Shown here: positions 23,301 through 38,300 of the stretch, piece after piece
Layout: each line of letters begins with the position of its first letter
Position numbering within the stretch: position 1 is the stretch's first letter
Source: Phoronis australis
Lineage: Eukaryota; Animalia; Phoronida
NCBI GenBank assembly: GCA_002633005.1
Contig: NMRA01000148.1
Coordinates: forward strand, 186,001-250,000
DNA: 64,000 nucleotides
Direction of reading: 5' to 3'
Program-made: the position numbers and the translations under genes
Notes under the pieces: model-generated
Database searches by the model: none
The model's input: only the letters and a program-made list of their open reading frames with translations
What the model was told of the DNA's origin: nothing

Positions 23301-26300
23301 GTGATCAGGCCTTTCAGAACATACGCAGCATACTTGTCAACGGGATTTCATTGTATCTTTCCTGCACAAATCTCCCTCAACAGGAATCCAGTTTATTTTG
23401 TACACGTGAAAACCACAAATCGGAAGTTGACCAGTGTTAATGAGCACGTAGCCAAGAAGCGTGCGCTAGGGCCTACTTATATGTGGGCCTGCTACTCTGG
23501 CAAATGAACTCTGATGACACGCATGAAACCTGGGTATATCCCTGCAATAAGTTCAAACACATGGAGAACACAAGGTCTGATTTCCCGAAGTTTGTCCATT
23601 TCTGTTACCGCGGATATTCAGCGTGACTTTAACACACGCTTACGCAAATGGTGCGTTACGATGCATTGTGTGATGTGTTGATCATTTTTGCTTGTGCCTC
23701 CCTTCATTCTGTTTCTCTTGATGTTTGTAGCCTGGTAGACATGGGCCTAACCAGCATCCCTCACACCCTCCTCTCACAGCTAACTAGCCTGCAAACGTTA
23801 GACCTCTCTGGGAACCAGCTCTCGGTGTTACCGCACAATCTGTGTCTGGTGCAGGTACGAACACTCACCGTCGAGGGCAACAAGTTTAAAGACGTTGAGT
23901 TTCTCCGCAGTTTCCCAGCATTGGAAGAGCTGTACATGGAGAACAATGAATTGACGGTATGTGCTGTTCTCAATCTTTATTCTTCACATTTTCTGAAGTT
24001 TGATTTTGAAAGCAGTCACGCAGTTGGAAATTGTGCATGAGCTGGGCTTAGTTACATGTTCAAATTACACATACTGTATTTCTTACTGGTTTGACAGAAA
24101 GTATCAATTGCATCCCTCTGCCCTGATCTGTTTGGTTAATGTAGTTGACAGGGGAGTATTCTCTTGGGTCTTCAACTATTAATGTTCTTGTCTACACACT
24201 CCTATTGTATAGAATTTCCAAAAACAACTAATCATGGTACTTAGGTATGTAACCTAACATGATTTTTTTAGGTTGAATATCTTGTATAACTTGTCATTTG
24301 AGAATGGAAGACGTTCGTCTTTCCTCCAACTTGTGTTTGACTTAAGAGATTGCTGGCCAATCACGGAGTGTTTTTTGTGACTCAAGGCTTAGTGAGATAG
24401 TCTGAATTGATCACTCGAGGTATCAAGACACCAACACTAAGCCAATCGCTAAGTGCTCCCATTCCCAATAATCCAGGAGTATCATCAGTTCAATACAAAA
24501 ATTGGACCTCCGTTATCACCATTAATTGATTCGCTTCAAGCAATCATCCGTTTGCACTTTCTGCACATAATTGTAACTTTATTTTCCTTGGATTTGTGTA
24601 TCGTATCTTATTGATTTTATTCACTTCACATGCCTTTCAATGTATTATGGTTGCTTTTTGCAGGCAGCTGACAAGTTGATAGCTGTCTCTTTGTGTCCCA
24701 AACTTCAAAGTATTAACAAGAGTCGAGCAGTGGCAGCGTATAAACTAGCCAACAACATCAAAGCTAAGTTAAAGCCTTTGGTATGTATTTTTTTGGTTTA
24801 GATGCAAGCTCTGTGTTGTCAAATGTATTTGCTCTTCAATTCTTGCTCTGATATATTCTCTTGAAATTTGTTACATGTGACAATTTTTGTGTAATTGAAA
24901 CAATCTGATAATACGTTTATTTTAAAGCGTTTGTTAAAACAAAAGTCAGAATTCAAAGTTTGCTGAAAATTTACTGCCTAATCTTGGGATAAGTTCTGTG
25001 TGCGTTTTAGTATAATCTTTTGAAAATCAACGTTTTCTTTTATGTTTATGTTTGGGACTCTGTGGTTTTTGTTTTATTATACAGACCATTAAACGTAATA
25101 AGACTGTGTACTGTTAGTTCAATGATTGCTTCAATGGAAAGATTTATAGCCGCTTACTTATGTTTGAAGTTTTCATTTCCAGCTTGACCTTATTAGTGTT
25201 ACGGTTTGTGCGGAATGATCACTCTAACTCACTTTGTTTTTAAAATATAACTTTAATGAAACTAATAAATCATGTTAAACTTGTTTAAATGAGAGTTCTT
25301 TATAAAGTTCCTGAAGCACCACACTGAACTAAATGTCAATGTCCCGACTCAAGTTAATTGAATTTAAAATTACTAGGCCCATGCTATACGATTACGAAAT
25401 GGTTCCACTTTCCACTCGTGATTTGTCCTCTGAAACTGAAGTTGTTACACTGTTCACAGTCCGTCGAACTCGTACGGTGTCGCACAACAGTTTTTAAAGC
25501 CTTTTATTTCATAACAGCTGAGTTGACTGTCCTTCTCACACCACAAATCCACCGGACAATATTCCTGACAAACAAAATTGTGATTTCTTCTTGCGTCTTG
25601 TGCGTCTCCTTTTCTTTTCTGTGCGTGCGACTTCCCAGAAGTTTTACCAGCGCCACCTGGTTAATATCGTTTGCTACAGCGCCACCACTCTCCTACGCAG
25701 CGAGTTAATGTTCACCAAATCCGATTCCTGACAATAAGTCCTGTGTGCAAGTTCTGGTTCCCATTTTGTCAAGGGCCATACTCTCAGTTGTAGCTATTTT
25801 TCACCATAATTTTGACTGATTCACACTTCCTTAAACTGCTTCATGAACATGAGTCTTCATAGGGAATGTGGATAGCTGTTCAATTCCTGTTTGTCTTGGT
25901 GTTATAAAAGGCAAGATCATCCTTACAGTTACTAGTCGCAGTCTGGACATATCAGCATTAACATCATGGACCTTTGGTGGAGTTATTCCTGTCATACTTT
26001 CTACTGTTTTTAAAAGTATCACTGCACATAGGAAGGCTGGAAAACATAATGTTTTCCGCATGTTTTCAGATCTTGAAAATCTGGGATGGGAAGTACACAG
26101 AAACATTCAAGCAAGGTCGAAGCCAACAAGAAGAGTCTAAATGCCTTGATCTGTTTGTGGAGGAAATCAACAAATTGTCTGCTGTCAGCGTCAATGAGGG
26201 GCTTTTTAAATATAGGGATTTTCTGGTGAGGAACAAATGATGCATTGGTTTTATGTGTGATCAGACTACAGTAATCTTACTTAGCATACAATGTTATCGA

Positions 26301-29300
26301 TAAGTAAAATTTTATTTTGTCAAATTTCTTCACAAAAGTAGAGATTACGGAAATTTTAGCCCATTACTATTATGGTTTGCAGTGTGTAGATGTCATAAAA
26401 TAACATTAGATAAATAAAAGTTTCCTTAACAGGTAACAAGTCTTTGGAAAATGGAAAATAACAATTTTGGCAAATACGTTTTGTGTGAAATAAGTTGGGA
26501 ATTATTGCAACAAGGCAAACAAAGTTCTGACAGTATTAAAACGATCATCTGATGAATGTATGCTCTTTTTAGATGTCGAGACGTACATATTAGCAGAATA
26601 TCATGGGGAGATAACTGCTATCAGTTAATTGCAAAGGAACTAGCCTGTACTGAGCGACTTGAACTTTACTTGGTGGTGTTAGTGTGACAACAGTCTTACC
26701 TGTAGAAATGCATGGAGTGAGACTGGCATTTGGAAAACAATTCTCCATTAGTACATTGAGCCAAAATAGTTTCACTTCTGCTTTGCTGGTACTCCTTCAA
26801 TTTATAAAATGTTAATACCAGGTTAAAAGATTGGTTTTTGCACCTCCCAGGTGACTCAATTCATTGAAAAAAAGAGGGCCTCCCCGGTGAACCCATCTCC
26901 AGCTAAGAAACTAAAGCCAAATCAAGACAATGGCGCAAAAGGCCGAGTGAAAAAGAAAGCAGCTCATAAACTGTCGAAGAAGAATGCTAAGGAGACCAGT
27001 GATGAAGAGATGGAAAATAAAGAGGAGTTGTCGGACGAAGCCATCGCGAGACTGGTGAGTGTATCCTGGCTCGTACCATCTGGAAAAGGCGTGGGAATCA
27101 TGGAAAAACCCAATGTACAAATTTGACCACTTTTGGCATGTCATGTCACTTAAATTGGTGATTGGATTCGTGTGAAATTTTAGAGATTTCATGCTCTATT
27201 CAAACCCCTGTTAGGAATTCTTTTTAAAGTGTTCCATTTTTATGCGATTTACATGAAAAAACTCTGAAGAGTGAAACGAAAATGAATGGATAATTCTGAA
27301 AAATAGCAACTCTTTTTGAGGTTTCTTCTAACATGAAAAATTTAGTCATGTTATTGGTTCCATTGTTTTGTGATGAAAGTGCTACCCACTTTTGTGCTAA
27401 ATTAAAGACACAGTCACGTGACGTAAAGTATTAATTCTTCTAGTAAATTTTTGTAGGTCAAAAGTGTCTGTCAAAGTCGTTGTCATCATCAGTATTGCAG
27501 AGAATTAGAAGAAGGGTCATAGTAGTACTTGTTTCATGATTGATCTGTGTTGAGTGCTTTTAGTGTCGTGGAAATGTCTTGGAATCTTGGCTTTGTTGTT
27601 AAACCTGTATATTACTGTATACTTGTATAATTGTTATTTACTGGGGCCCTAGATGTGCACCCCTTTGTTTCATATTTACGTAAAAATATTAAGCCAGTTT
27701 ATAATACTTAGTTCAGTCTTTCAAAAAAGAAAATCCACCTGAGACCTTCAGAAATAAACCAGGATTTTTACCCCATCACTTGACACGTCACGGCGTTTCC
27801 AGCTTTGTTTACCATTGTTTCCATCCCTGTGTATGAAATTTGTTTGAAATTGATACTGGCGGACATTTTTTGTTCTTTTAGTCAGTAAGCACCATTCTCA
27901 AAATAAATCAGGTGAAGACCAGTACCAGCTTGCTTAAGAAGTGTTCCCTTGGCAGTTATGATGTATGAAACATTAGTCATGTGACATTGTGTAACTGTCA
28001 GTATTGTACACCTTGTTCCAGTCTTATCAACATGCTCGATATTGAAGGCAATGGTAGGACTGGCCATTTTTTTCAAATACCGTACAAGGCAAAATTAAAA
28101 GGACAAAATACTGTACCTCATGACAGCTAAATCTGTTGAAAATTACTGATGATGATTATTTAGGTGGCAAAATTGTAATTACTGGATGGCTTAGCTGCCA
28201 TACCAACTTTCATGTAAATTCCCCTAATTCCCCTTCATTCTCAGTCATCAGGGGAGACTACTCTGACGGTGAAGTCGGCTTCCGCCCAGCCATCGTGATG
28301 GGAAATTACAGTCGTTTTCTCCGAATACTTTTGGCTTGTAGTGTAAATGTTACTCCAATCGGCTTCTGCCCTGCCGATGTGACCGGGAATTCAGGTCATT
28401 TTGTCTGCATACTTTTGGCTTGTACTGTACATGTCTCTCCAATGACCTATTTCCTTGACTGAGTGCTCTTACACTAACTTATTTCGTCAAATGAACATTC
28501 ATCTTTGACCTACTTACTCAATAACAATTGTTGCTGTGACGTTGAATGAATGTAACTGCAGTGACATATTTCATCAAATTAATGTTAGCGGAATTGACTT
28601 CTTTGCTCAAGTAGCCATCTTTCTTAGTTGCTCAAAATTTCTCATTTTACAGGCTCCTCTCCCCGATTACGAACCGTTCCTGTTTCTGCGGTGTCACTCA
28701 AAGGACAACGACCCCGGCGACTGTGACACGAAAGTGTGGCGGGCAGAATTCGAGCCGAGCACGGAGCGGCCAGGAGAGACCACTTCCATTGTAGCCACAT
28801 GCGGCGGCGACTGCCTATGCCTGATTGACTGCAACACGGGCAAACTGATGAAGCGGTATAGGCAGCCAGGAGATGTGAGTAGGCGCAGTGAATGTTGTGT
28901 ACAACCCTAGAAAAATGCACGAATTAGACTTGAGTTGGAATATCGTCTTTATGAAACAGCTGATCAGTTTCGTATGAAACTTTCACTGTTCTCCAAAACG
29001 ATCTATGGAATTGTTTTTATAAAGTGTTCCATTTTTACATGAGGGAGTGTCAAAAGGCTGACAGTTATAATCTATAGTTTTGACTTAATGCACAGACTTG
29101 TCTATAAGGTTCTACATAATTTCAAGGCAAGTTTGAATGATAGGATTCTGACCAAACTTCGCATTCCAATATCCCGTCTCTGTAATCACCTTGGGTAGAG
29201 ATTACTGTAAAAAAATTTTAATTCGGGATCAAAAATAATTGTCTTATTTTCCACAGTTACTTTTGCTCATGTTGTTACAACACAGGAATATTACAATGTA

Positions 29301-32300
29301 GGATTACAGTGAATTAAACATTTATTTTTTTATTGAGTTTCATTGAGACATTACCCAAAGTAGAATTCTGCATTTCTGTTGTACTGCTTTTGAAACTAGA
29401 GAATTTTTATTGTTATGAAATTCTTGTTACTAAGCCTAAAAGCTGTGATCAGATCTTCAACTGGTGCTGGCAAGGATTGCAAACCATAGTGAACGCGGGC
29501 CTGCTGTGGTATCAAGGTCAAAGAATTAAAACTTTTACTCTCTAACATCATCAGGTGTTTATATGTAATTGCGTTGTTATAACTGAGATCTTTTCAGACT
29601 TAACGTTAGGTCACATGATTTGACCAACATATAGCCAGTATGAATACTCATAATCCTGTCCTGGAACTGCTAATTAATAGCATAATATTGTCATGTAAAT
29701 ATAGTTTTAGGATCATAACTTTTGTTTCCTTAATTTTGATCTGTTGCCTGAAAGGTGTTGATTTAAAAATCACTTTCTGTAAGTTGATTGGGTTTTCTGT
29801 TGAGATGTAGCCAAGGTTAAGCTAAAATGAAAAATATTCACATGTTGAGATGTGGCCAATGTTAAGCTGATATGAAAATGTTCACATGTTGAGATGTGGC
29901 CAATGTTAAGCTGATATGAAAAATGTTCACCTGTTGAGATGTAGCCAAAGTTACATTTGATCTAGCCAATGTTAAGCTGACCTGAAAATATTCAGTTGTT
30001 GAGATGTACCCAATATAAGGTGGGACGCTACGCTGATTTTTCAAATTTTCGTTAAATAAAAACCGATAAAGATAATTCTTTGATCTGAAAAGTATTTACC
30101 AATTTGGTGTATCGTTACAGCAATTTTATGTGGTCGCGTGGACAACAGTAAAAGTTAAAAGTGAAACTGGGTCTGTCTCAGCAAACATTTTAGCAACAGC
30201 AGGTACGTGGCACAAACATGAAATATAAATACTGTTATTTCAATGGCTGCGCTTGATTGATTTTTCTGGTTCCGCCGGGTCAAGCAACTAAGACATCTGA
30301 TGTGTTTGTAAGCCACATGTTGTCAAAAACCAATCAGATGTCTTAATGTGCTGACGCGGCAGAACTGATAAAGTCAATCTGGTGTATCCATTTACAGTCA
30401 CTTAAGGCTGAATGAGTTAAGATTCACTGTTTCATAAAGCTCCTCCCCCTAGCAACCATCATGCTCCTGTTGCTGTCTAGTTACTTCTCACCTGCTCTTT
30501 ACCTATCTAGGTGAGACAGGCACCATCTATCTGATCCACCCATCACAGTGTGTGTGCTATGCCCAGCTCAAGAAGGGCGGACACAGTAAAGAGGTGGCTA
30601 GCCTGATGTTCCACCCACAGGAGAAGACTCTGCTTTTCAGTAAGTCTAGTAATACCGTGGCCGGAGACTGGGGTTAGTATCGTGTGACTAAACCAACAGT
30701 AGACGACAAACGCAATTGAACAAAATGTCGTTTCCGCATCACAAAGGGTATTAAGGATAACTCGTCACTTCCAGCAACTCTAATTGTGGATTCTACTTGT
30801 GCTCAGCTATTGTGATGGGGGAGTTGCACCTTCGTTCAGTCATTTGTAATGTTAGTTCCTTGGCATTTTGTCCAGTTAGTTTTTTTAGTGCTTGGGTTGT
30901 ACTCCTGAAGGATCATGCACTGGGAAGTTGAGAAGACAGCATTATTCGCTCCTTTAAATTGTCACCATGTAACCAAATCTAGAAGTCTATACTTTTATTT
31001 GAATCACTTAAAGATCACAAGAAATGAGATAAAATAAAACACAAAGTACATTTCACTTGTCTACAATATTTTGTCTGAAGTTGGTGAAATTTTTGTGTCA
31101 CATTTTTGTGTTGCCCTGCTAGGTGGCGCTTCAGACAGGCAGATAATTCTATGGGACATAGACACACCGTCATTTCCTGATTACAAGACCAATTATAGGT
31201 AAGCCACTGATTCCAGTTTACGGTAGAGTGTATGTAGTATCTGTGACTTGATTGGAAGTCTCAAAGTTTTTAAAATATTTTACATGTCCTGTGGTATAAC
31301 CTTTGCAACTCGAAATTGTGTTTGACATATCCCATTCTACTTTTTGCAATCTCAAAGTGTATATTATTCTGTACTCTAGTATAGTATGGTTTACATGGAT
31401 GATTGTTTAATCCGAGTTGCACCCCAGCATTAATGCTGTAAGTTTGAGTCTGAAATAGCAATTTTAATTTCTTACTCGAAATCTGTAGTTTTTTCTCACG
31501 TTAGTTTCTCAAATTTAGGGGTCATCAAGTGCAAACTTGGATTAGATTGGACACTCGTCTGCATTAACCTAAATATATTCGAGCACAGAATAAAAGACAA
31601 TTATTTTTAGTTTGGATTGAAATTGAATAGGCATGTGAATGATAATTTTGGTTTTAAGTACAAAGATTAGACTCCCAGTCCTTGGAGTTTTCTTTTAATT
31701 TTTATATTTTCTAAATGTCTGTGTTAAAAGGCCATTAATATGTTTTTCTTGTCTTCTCCGTCTGTAGAGTTCTCATGAAATTCCGTAGCCCGGGCGGTGA
31801 CATTCTCAATATGATCTTCAACACTGAAAACAACTGCCTTCTAGCTGGGTGTAGTGGAGGCTGTTTTGCCTGGAATCTCGCTGAGATATCCAAAGTCAAG
31901 CAGGCAAGGTTAGTGTCTCGTGTGTAAATCGACTTCGGTTGTAGTCACTTACAGGTGTTCCACATTTTGAGAACCAGTTTTCTCCACTGAATAACCAGCT
32001 GGTTATCAAAATCTGTGGTTATTAATGTCTGGGAGACTTGTGACTATTGCCTGATATTCACAAACTGGTGGCAATGAATAAAGATCCTCCTTTTGGCTTC
32101 TGAATAGATAGAGAGCAACCAAAAGTAGTTGGTTAGCAAGGTGGTATTCATATAACAAGGGACCCACGTGATGTACCTGATGTAGACATTTCTATGGAAG
32201 GGTCTCTTGCTTCTCTTACGACACATAGTGATGTTCAAGTTCCCCATCCTTCAGTGAATTATGCCCTGCCAGTTATTAAAAATCCAATAAAATATTTTCC

Positions 32301-35300
32301 TTGGAAATTTGCACAAATTCAAGTAGTATCCAAACCATATGGATTAATGCTGTCATGCCTTTGTCATAGATTGCTAGTGGTGAAAATCTTATCTCTGGCA
32401 AGTTTCATTAGAAATACCACTTTAACCTTTGGAATTTAGCCGAAACTAGTGTCTGGTCATGTTCTTTGTGTAATGAAGATGTGGGACAGCTTGCTTGATA
32501 ACAAATTCAAAATGGATGCCTTGTATAGCATTTGTTCATCGTACAAAGGACATTTGCTCCTTGTTTATTCTTTTCAATGCGCTTTGATAGAAAAAATGTC
32601 CAAACTCTTTTTATGATAAAAAAATAATTGCAGGCGGTCTGATACACGTTGTACCAGGCATGCGCAGGCCTCGCATGTGGGACCATTGCACTGATCACCT
32701 GGAAATATTTTTATGCTTTATTGATATATGGTTTAAACCGAGCTGAGGAGCTAGATACCTGGCTCACGGGTTTAGCAGTGTGACCCGGTGGGACTTGAAC
32801 CCACGACCTCGAGTAAAGAAAGCGGGCACTTATCAACCAGGCCACACTGCCTCCTCTTTCAAACTCTTTCCTTATATGTATGAATTTTAGACTGGTAACT
32901 CATGTGTTTGGGTCACTGGTATAATGTTTGACAATTTAAAATGGTGCTGAATAAACTATTTATGTTACAGCACACCAGACTGTGAAGTGGTGTTGTCAGA
33001 CAAAAGTCGAGTCGTAGACGGCCTAATACAAATCACAGATGATATTGTGGGTAGGTCATTTTTCAAGTTCGTTGTATTGGAATGATGATGCTATTTTTGT
33101 CATTTTATAATTTAGCTGCAGTACGCTTCGAAAAGTGTGCAGTTTGAAATTTTTGCCAATCATTTATGGAGTAAATTGTCCGCTTCTTGCCACAGAACAA
33201 CTTACAGAATGACCATGTTTTATTAATTTTGGATTGTAAGGTCGACCCATCATTTTGGAGAAGGCATCCACTCTTATAACTACATATTGTTAACTGATTT
33301 CTCATTGAGTTGTCCCTAAAATAATTGGATGATGAATCCTATGTTTTGCATTAGTTTGCATCCTAGCCAATCCTAGATGGAACAAATGTATGCAGTGCTC
33401 CTTTTGTACTAAGTTTGGTTTTACAGAAGGCCCTACATTAGGATTCGCAAAAAATTTGCAACTGATGACTTATCACATTTGGCACACTTAGATTTCATCA
33501 ATATATAGACGCTGAGGTTGGCCAATAGTGAAATATATCAAATAAACACAGAAATTCTGTGTTTATTTGATATATTTCACTATTAGCCAACCTCAGTATT
33601 TATATATTTACTATATCTTCTTAACACATACTGGTAAATTGCTAATTATATAATTGTCCCAATCTCGTGTGAAAAAGGCAAATCTCCGCTCATGGGATGT
33701 ATGACAACAGTTGGCTGCAAACAGTAATTGCACAGATATCGGGTCCTCAGTAGCTCAACGGTAAGAGCACTAGACCGGCAATCTAATTTGGGGTTCCTGA
33801 TATTTCTGTGTTTATTTGATTTCATCAATGATAGCCAAATTTCTTCTTTCAGCGAGCAAAGTCATTGAAGAAGGCACCATTTTATTATGGAGCGTCGGTA
33901 AGACACTAGCAAATGTGAAGAAGAGGCGCTCGAGAGCAGTGCCCATCGTGCGGCTGTTATGGAAACAAACAGAGGAAATCTACCTCAACCTCGGCCATTT
34001 TATGAGTAAGTTTCCAATAACTGGGTATTTTTTAGTAACTGTACCATAAACATGTAAATTTTCTTCTCTGTGCATATCTTGTAAAAGTAATTAATTTATG
34101 AATTTTTCATCGGTTTTATTCCTTTTTACCAATTGACATGATCATCTGAAGTGTCAGTGTTTCTTTTATGAATTTCCCTGTTAATATGTTATAAAACAGG
34201 GAAAATAAATTTTTTTGATTGAGGCTAAATTTCACCAATTGGGACACAATATGGCCAACATGTGAAATTTCATTTTTTCATTTTATCATAAAAGATAAAT
34301 AGTACCAAATGCATGCTATAAAGTAATTTTAAAGGTCTATACCATAGCGTCCCTCTGGCAATGATTGTGACCCATTGTGGGCATTCATAACAGTATTAGA
34401 AGCGTTTGAAAAAAAGCAATTTTGGCAATTGTTTTTGTCCGAAATGGGTGAGATTTTACCCTAGGTGCCTGATTGTCTGGAGTTTTCAAGGTAGTAACTG
34501 TTACAGCTCTTTACAATTCTGCCATGTGCCTTCAGTTAATGTGCTACTCCATCACTCTCACGGGTAGTCATGGTCGTTTGGGCCTGAAAGTTGCCTGTGA
34601 TTTAATATTAAAAACACCATGTTCCAAGCATTGCGCTAAATTTACTATTAAAAGTGCTATGCCAAGAAGGATTCACTGAATAAAAATCTGTTAGAAACAT
34701 GTTAGATTTTAGGTATAAATAAGTGAAAAGTGCCAGCCATTGTGAAGGGTGTATTTGTTACCAGCCATCACATTGTCTCGGTTTTGTAAATGAGCACAGA
34801 GGGGAACATCTTACTGACTTGTCTTTAGTCCAACATGTAAAATGGATCTTGTGGTGTCTTGCTTTAGTTCAATTGTAGTATCACAAACCTGAATCAAAAT
34901 GTTTTAACTTTGTCCCTTGCTAGATTCTGGAGTTCTAGTCTGTGGCGGAGACGACGGAGAAATCTACATGTACAATGTCAAGCAGTTCTTGAAGAAAAGT
35001 GAAAAGTCTATTGTGCATATTTACGAACCCTCCCAGGTAGATAGTTCGCTTGCTTGGAAAAATTGAAAAGCCAGCATCAGTCAAACCATGCGTTGGGTTT
35101 TGTTGTTTGAATTTCCCGTCAGCATTTCCTATGAGTTTCGTGATTTTCTGTCTGGATTTCCTGCGAGTTTCAAACCTCCTTCAACTAAAGCTTTGTGTGT
35201 TCATGAGGGGTGGTTGTCTAACCACAGATTATTCAAAGGCTGCGAATGACAACTATAGACTGTCCACAAAGTAGTATCTAGATGTTTGCCCTAGTTGCTG

Positions 35301-38300
35301 TTATTACCGTCCAATCTTCCCTCTGTTCTCTAAGATTTGTTCTGAATGCAAACCTACAGATGCTATACCTCGACATCAGCGAACATCGAGCTATAATCCT
35401 TGAGATGTTTTAATTTACATCAGCTCTGTGAATTGAAGTCCATATTGTAGTACATATTATTCATCCTTACAACAGCATTAATGGAGTGCTGTCTGAATAA
35501 ATGTCCAAGGATAATGAAATTATGCTGCATTGTTTATGCATTGATTAAACAAAGCTTGCACTGCTGCTCTCGAGAACTAAATGATTTGTCATTTTTCACA
35601 GATCTTGGATTGGCCAAACTGCAAACTGAGTGGGCCTGAAGAGAAAGATCTTGCTATCTCAGAAACGCTCCAGAAGAAAGATGTGAGTTGACTACAGTCA
35701 TGAACATGGGGATGGGACTTGCGTCTACTCAGAGTTAGTGCAAACTGAAACTACTGGATGGGACAATGCAACAGTTTTGTGCAATACAAAATGTTCAATT
35801 TCCTTTGAGTTGTTTGTAAAAATGGTTCTCAAAATTATGTGTGCGTAAGCATACAGACAGCAAGTCCCAAAAATGATTATTTTATGATTGTATTCATGTA
35901 GAGATTAATAATCCTGGGACCTCGGATTTTCTTTGGCTAATTTCACTCTCATGTCTTGAATCCTTGTCAGTCCATGTTGACGTTATTTGGCTGAAACTCT
36001 GTACGATAATCCTGAGGTCTGTTCAGTAGAGCGTGCACCCATATAAAGTGAGAGCTCACTATGGAATGAGAGCTTGCGCTGGCTTCGGAAAGCAAAGAGA
36101 GGTCCCTACATTAAATATAAAGCAAGCTTACGCCATTTTATAAAATTTCTTATTTCTGTATCAAATTTATGTTACTATTACCACCAACAATCTTGTCATG
36201 AATATGGTGGTGTGCTTCCAAAGTGTACCACTTAGAATCATTGTTGTTACTCAAAGTAATCACCTTGAAACTCGTGTCACATCTTAAACCGTCTTGGATT
36301 TCTAAGCAAACTAGCTATAGAGATTGATTGCCAGCACTTGCTAAAAGTTTTTCATGAAATGAGCGCCTCCTTATTGATCATGTTTCTCGTCTACTCAAGT
36401 TCACAAACGTGTGCCTGGGATTTGTCCAAGAGCTTTAAGCCCGAGAACTTGGTTTCCAAACATAATGAAGATGGACGTTCTGCAATAAAGTCTGAAGTGT
36501 TCATTTTTGGCAGGTCAGATCTCTGGCTAATTGACCTCAAAGATAACTGGACAGTGTGCTTTTGTAGCTTGTTGCTCTTGTGAAAATGTTCACTTTATTC
36601 TGTGGATGTTACGGCAATCTCTTGTTAAAAAAAATTTCCAGAAAAGCATGTCTTACACATCTGCCATTATCATTGTCCTGTTTTTGTGCACATGATCAGT
36701 CGCTTTGCTCTGACACCAAGGATTTTTATACGCCCACATATTTATATGTGGACGCATTATGCCGTCATCTCCGTCCGTACGGGCGGCGTCCGTCCGGCGT
36801 CTGGCGTCCGCTGCTCTATCTCCANNNNNNNNNNNNNNNNNNNNNNNNNNNNNNNNNNNNNNNNNNNNNNNNNNNNNNNNNNNNNNNNNNNNNNNNNNNN
36901 NNNNNNNNNNNNNNNNNNNNNNNNNNNNNNNNNNNNNNNNNNNNNNNNNNNNNNNNNNNNNNNNNNNNNNNNNNNNNNNNNNNNNNNNNNNNNNNNNNNN
37001 NNNNNNNNNNNNNNNNNNNNNNNNNNNNNNNNNNNNNNNNNNNNNNNNNNNNNNNNNNNNNNNNNNNNNNNNNNNNNNNNNNNNNNNNNNNNNNNNNNNN
37101 NNNNNNNNNNNNNNNNNNNNNNNNNNNNNNNNNNNNNNNNNNNNNNNNNNNNNNNNNNNNNNNNNNNNNNNNNNNNNNNNNNNNNNNNNNNNNNNNNNNN
37201 NNNNNNNNNNNNNNNNNNNNNNNNNNNNNNNNNNNNNNNNNNNNNNNNNNNNNNNNNNNNNNNNNNNNNNNNNNNNNNNNNNNNNNNNNNNNNNNNNNNN
37301 NNNNNNNNNNNNNNNNNNNNNNNNNNNNNNNNNNNNNNNNNNNNNNNNNNNNNNNNNNNNNNNNNNNNNNNNNNNNNNNNNNNNNNNNNNNNNNNNNNNN
37401 NNNNNNNNNNNNNNNNNNNNNNNNNNNNNNNNNNNNNNNNNNNNNNNNNNNNNNNNNNNNNNNNNNNNNNNNNNNNNNNNNNNNNNNNNNNNNNNNNNNN
37501 NNNNNNNNNNNNNNNNNNNNNNNNNNNNNNNNNNNNNNNNNNNNNNNNNNNNNNNNNNNNNNNNNNNNNNNNNNNNNNNNNNNNNNNNNNNNNNNNNNNN
37601 NNNNNNNNNNNNNNNNNNNNGACGCTGAGGTTGGCCAATAGTGAAATATATCAAATAAACACAGAAATTCTGTGTTTATTTGATATATTTCACTATTGGC
37701 CAACCTCAGTATTTATATATTTACTATATCTTCTTTATAACACATACTGGTAAATTGCTAATTATATAATTGTCCCAATCTCGTGTGCAAAAGGCAAATC
37801 TCCGCTCATGGGATGTATGACAACACAGATATCTGGTCCTCAGTAGCTCAACGGTAAGAGCACTAGACTGGCAATCTAATTTGGGGTTCCTGATATTTCT
37901 GTGTTTATTTGATAGATTTCATCAATGATAGCCTAATTTCTTCTTTCAGCGAGCAAAGTCATTGAAGAAGGCACCATTTTATTATGGAGCGTCGGTAAGA
38001 CGCTAGCAAATGTGAAGAAGAGACGCTCGAGGGCAGTGCCCATCGTGCGGCTGTTATGGAAACAAACGGAGGAAATCTACCTCAACCTCGGCCATTTTAT
38101 GAGTAAGTTTGCAATAACTGGGTATTCTTAGTAACTGAACCATAAACATGTAAATTTTCTTCTCTGTGCATATCTTGTAAAAGTAATTAATTGATGAATT
38201 TTTCATCGGTTTTATTCTTTTTTACCAATTGACATGATCATCTGAAGTGTCAGTGTTTCTTTTATGAATTTCTCTGTTGTTATGTTATAAAACAGGTGAA

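Noticed and set aside
25647-25690. CTCF-like motifs (CAGCGCCACCTGG), also at 52570-52590
   Set aside because: The two sites share flanking TTGCTACAGCGCCACC, suggesting repeat origin; motif alone is insufficient
36580-37753. Long ORFs in the track
   Set aside because: Artifacts of translating the N gap
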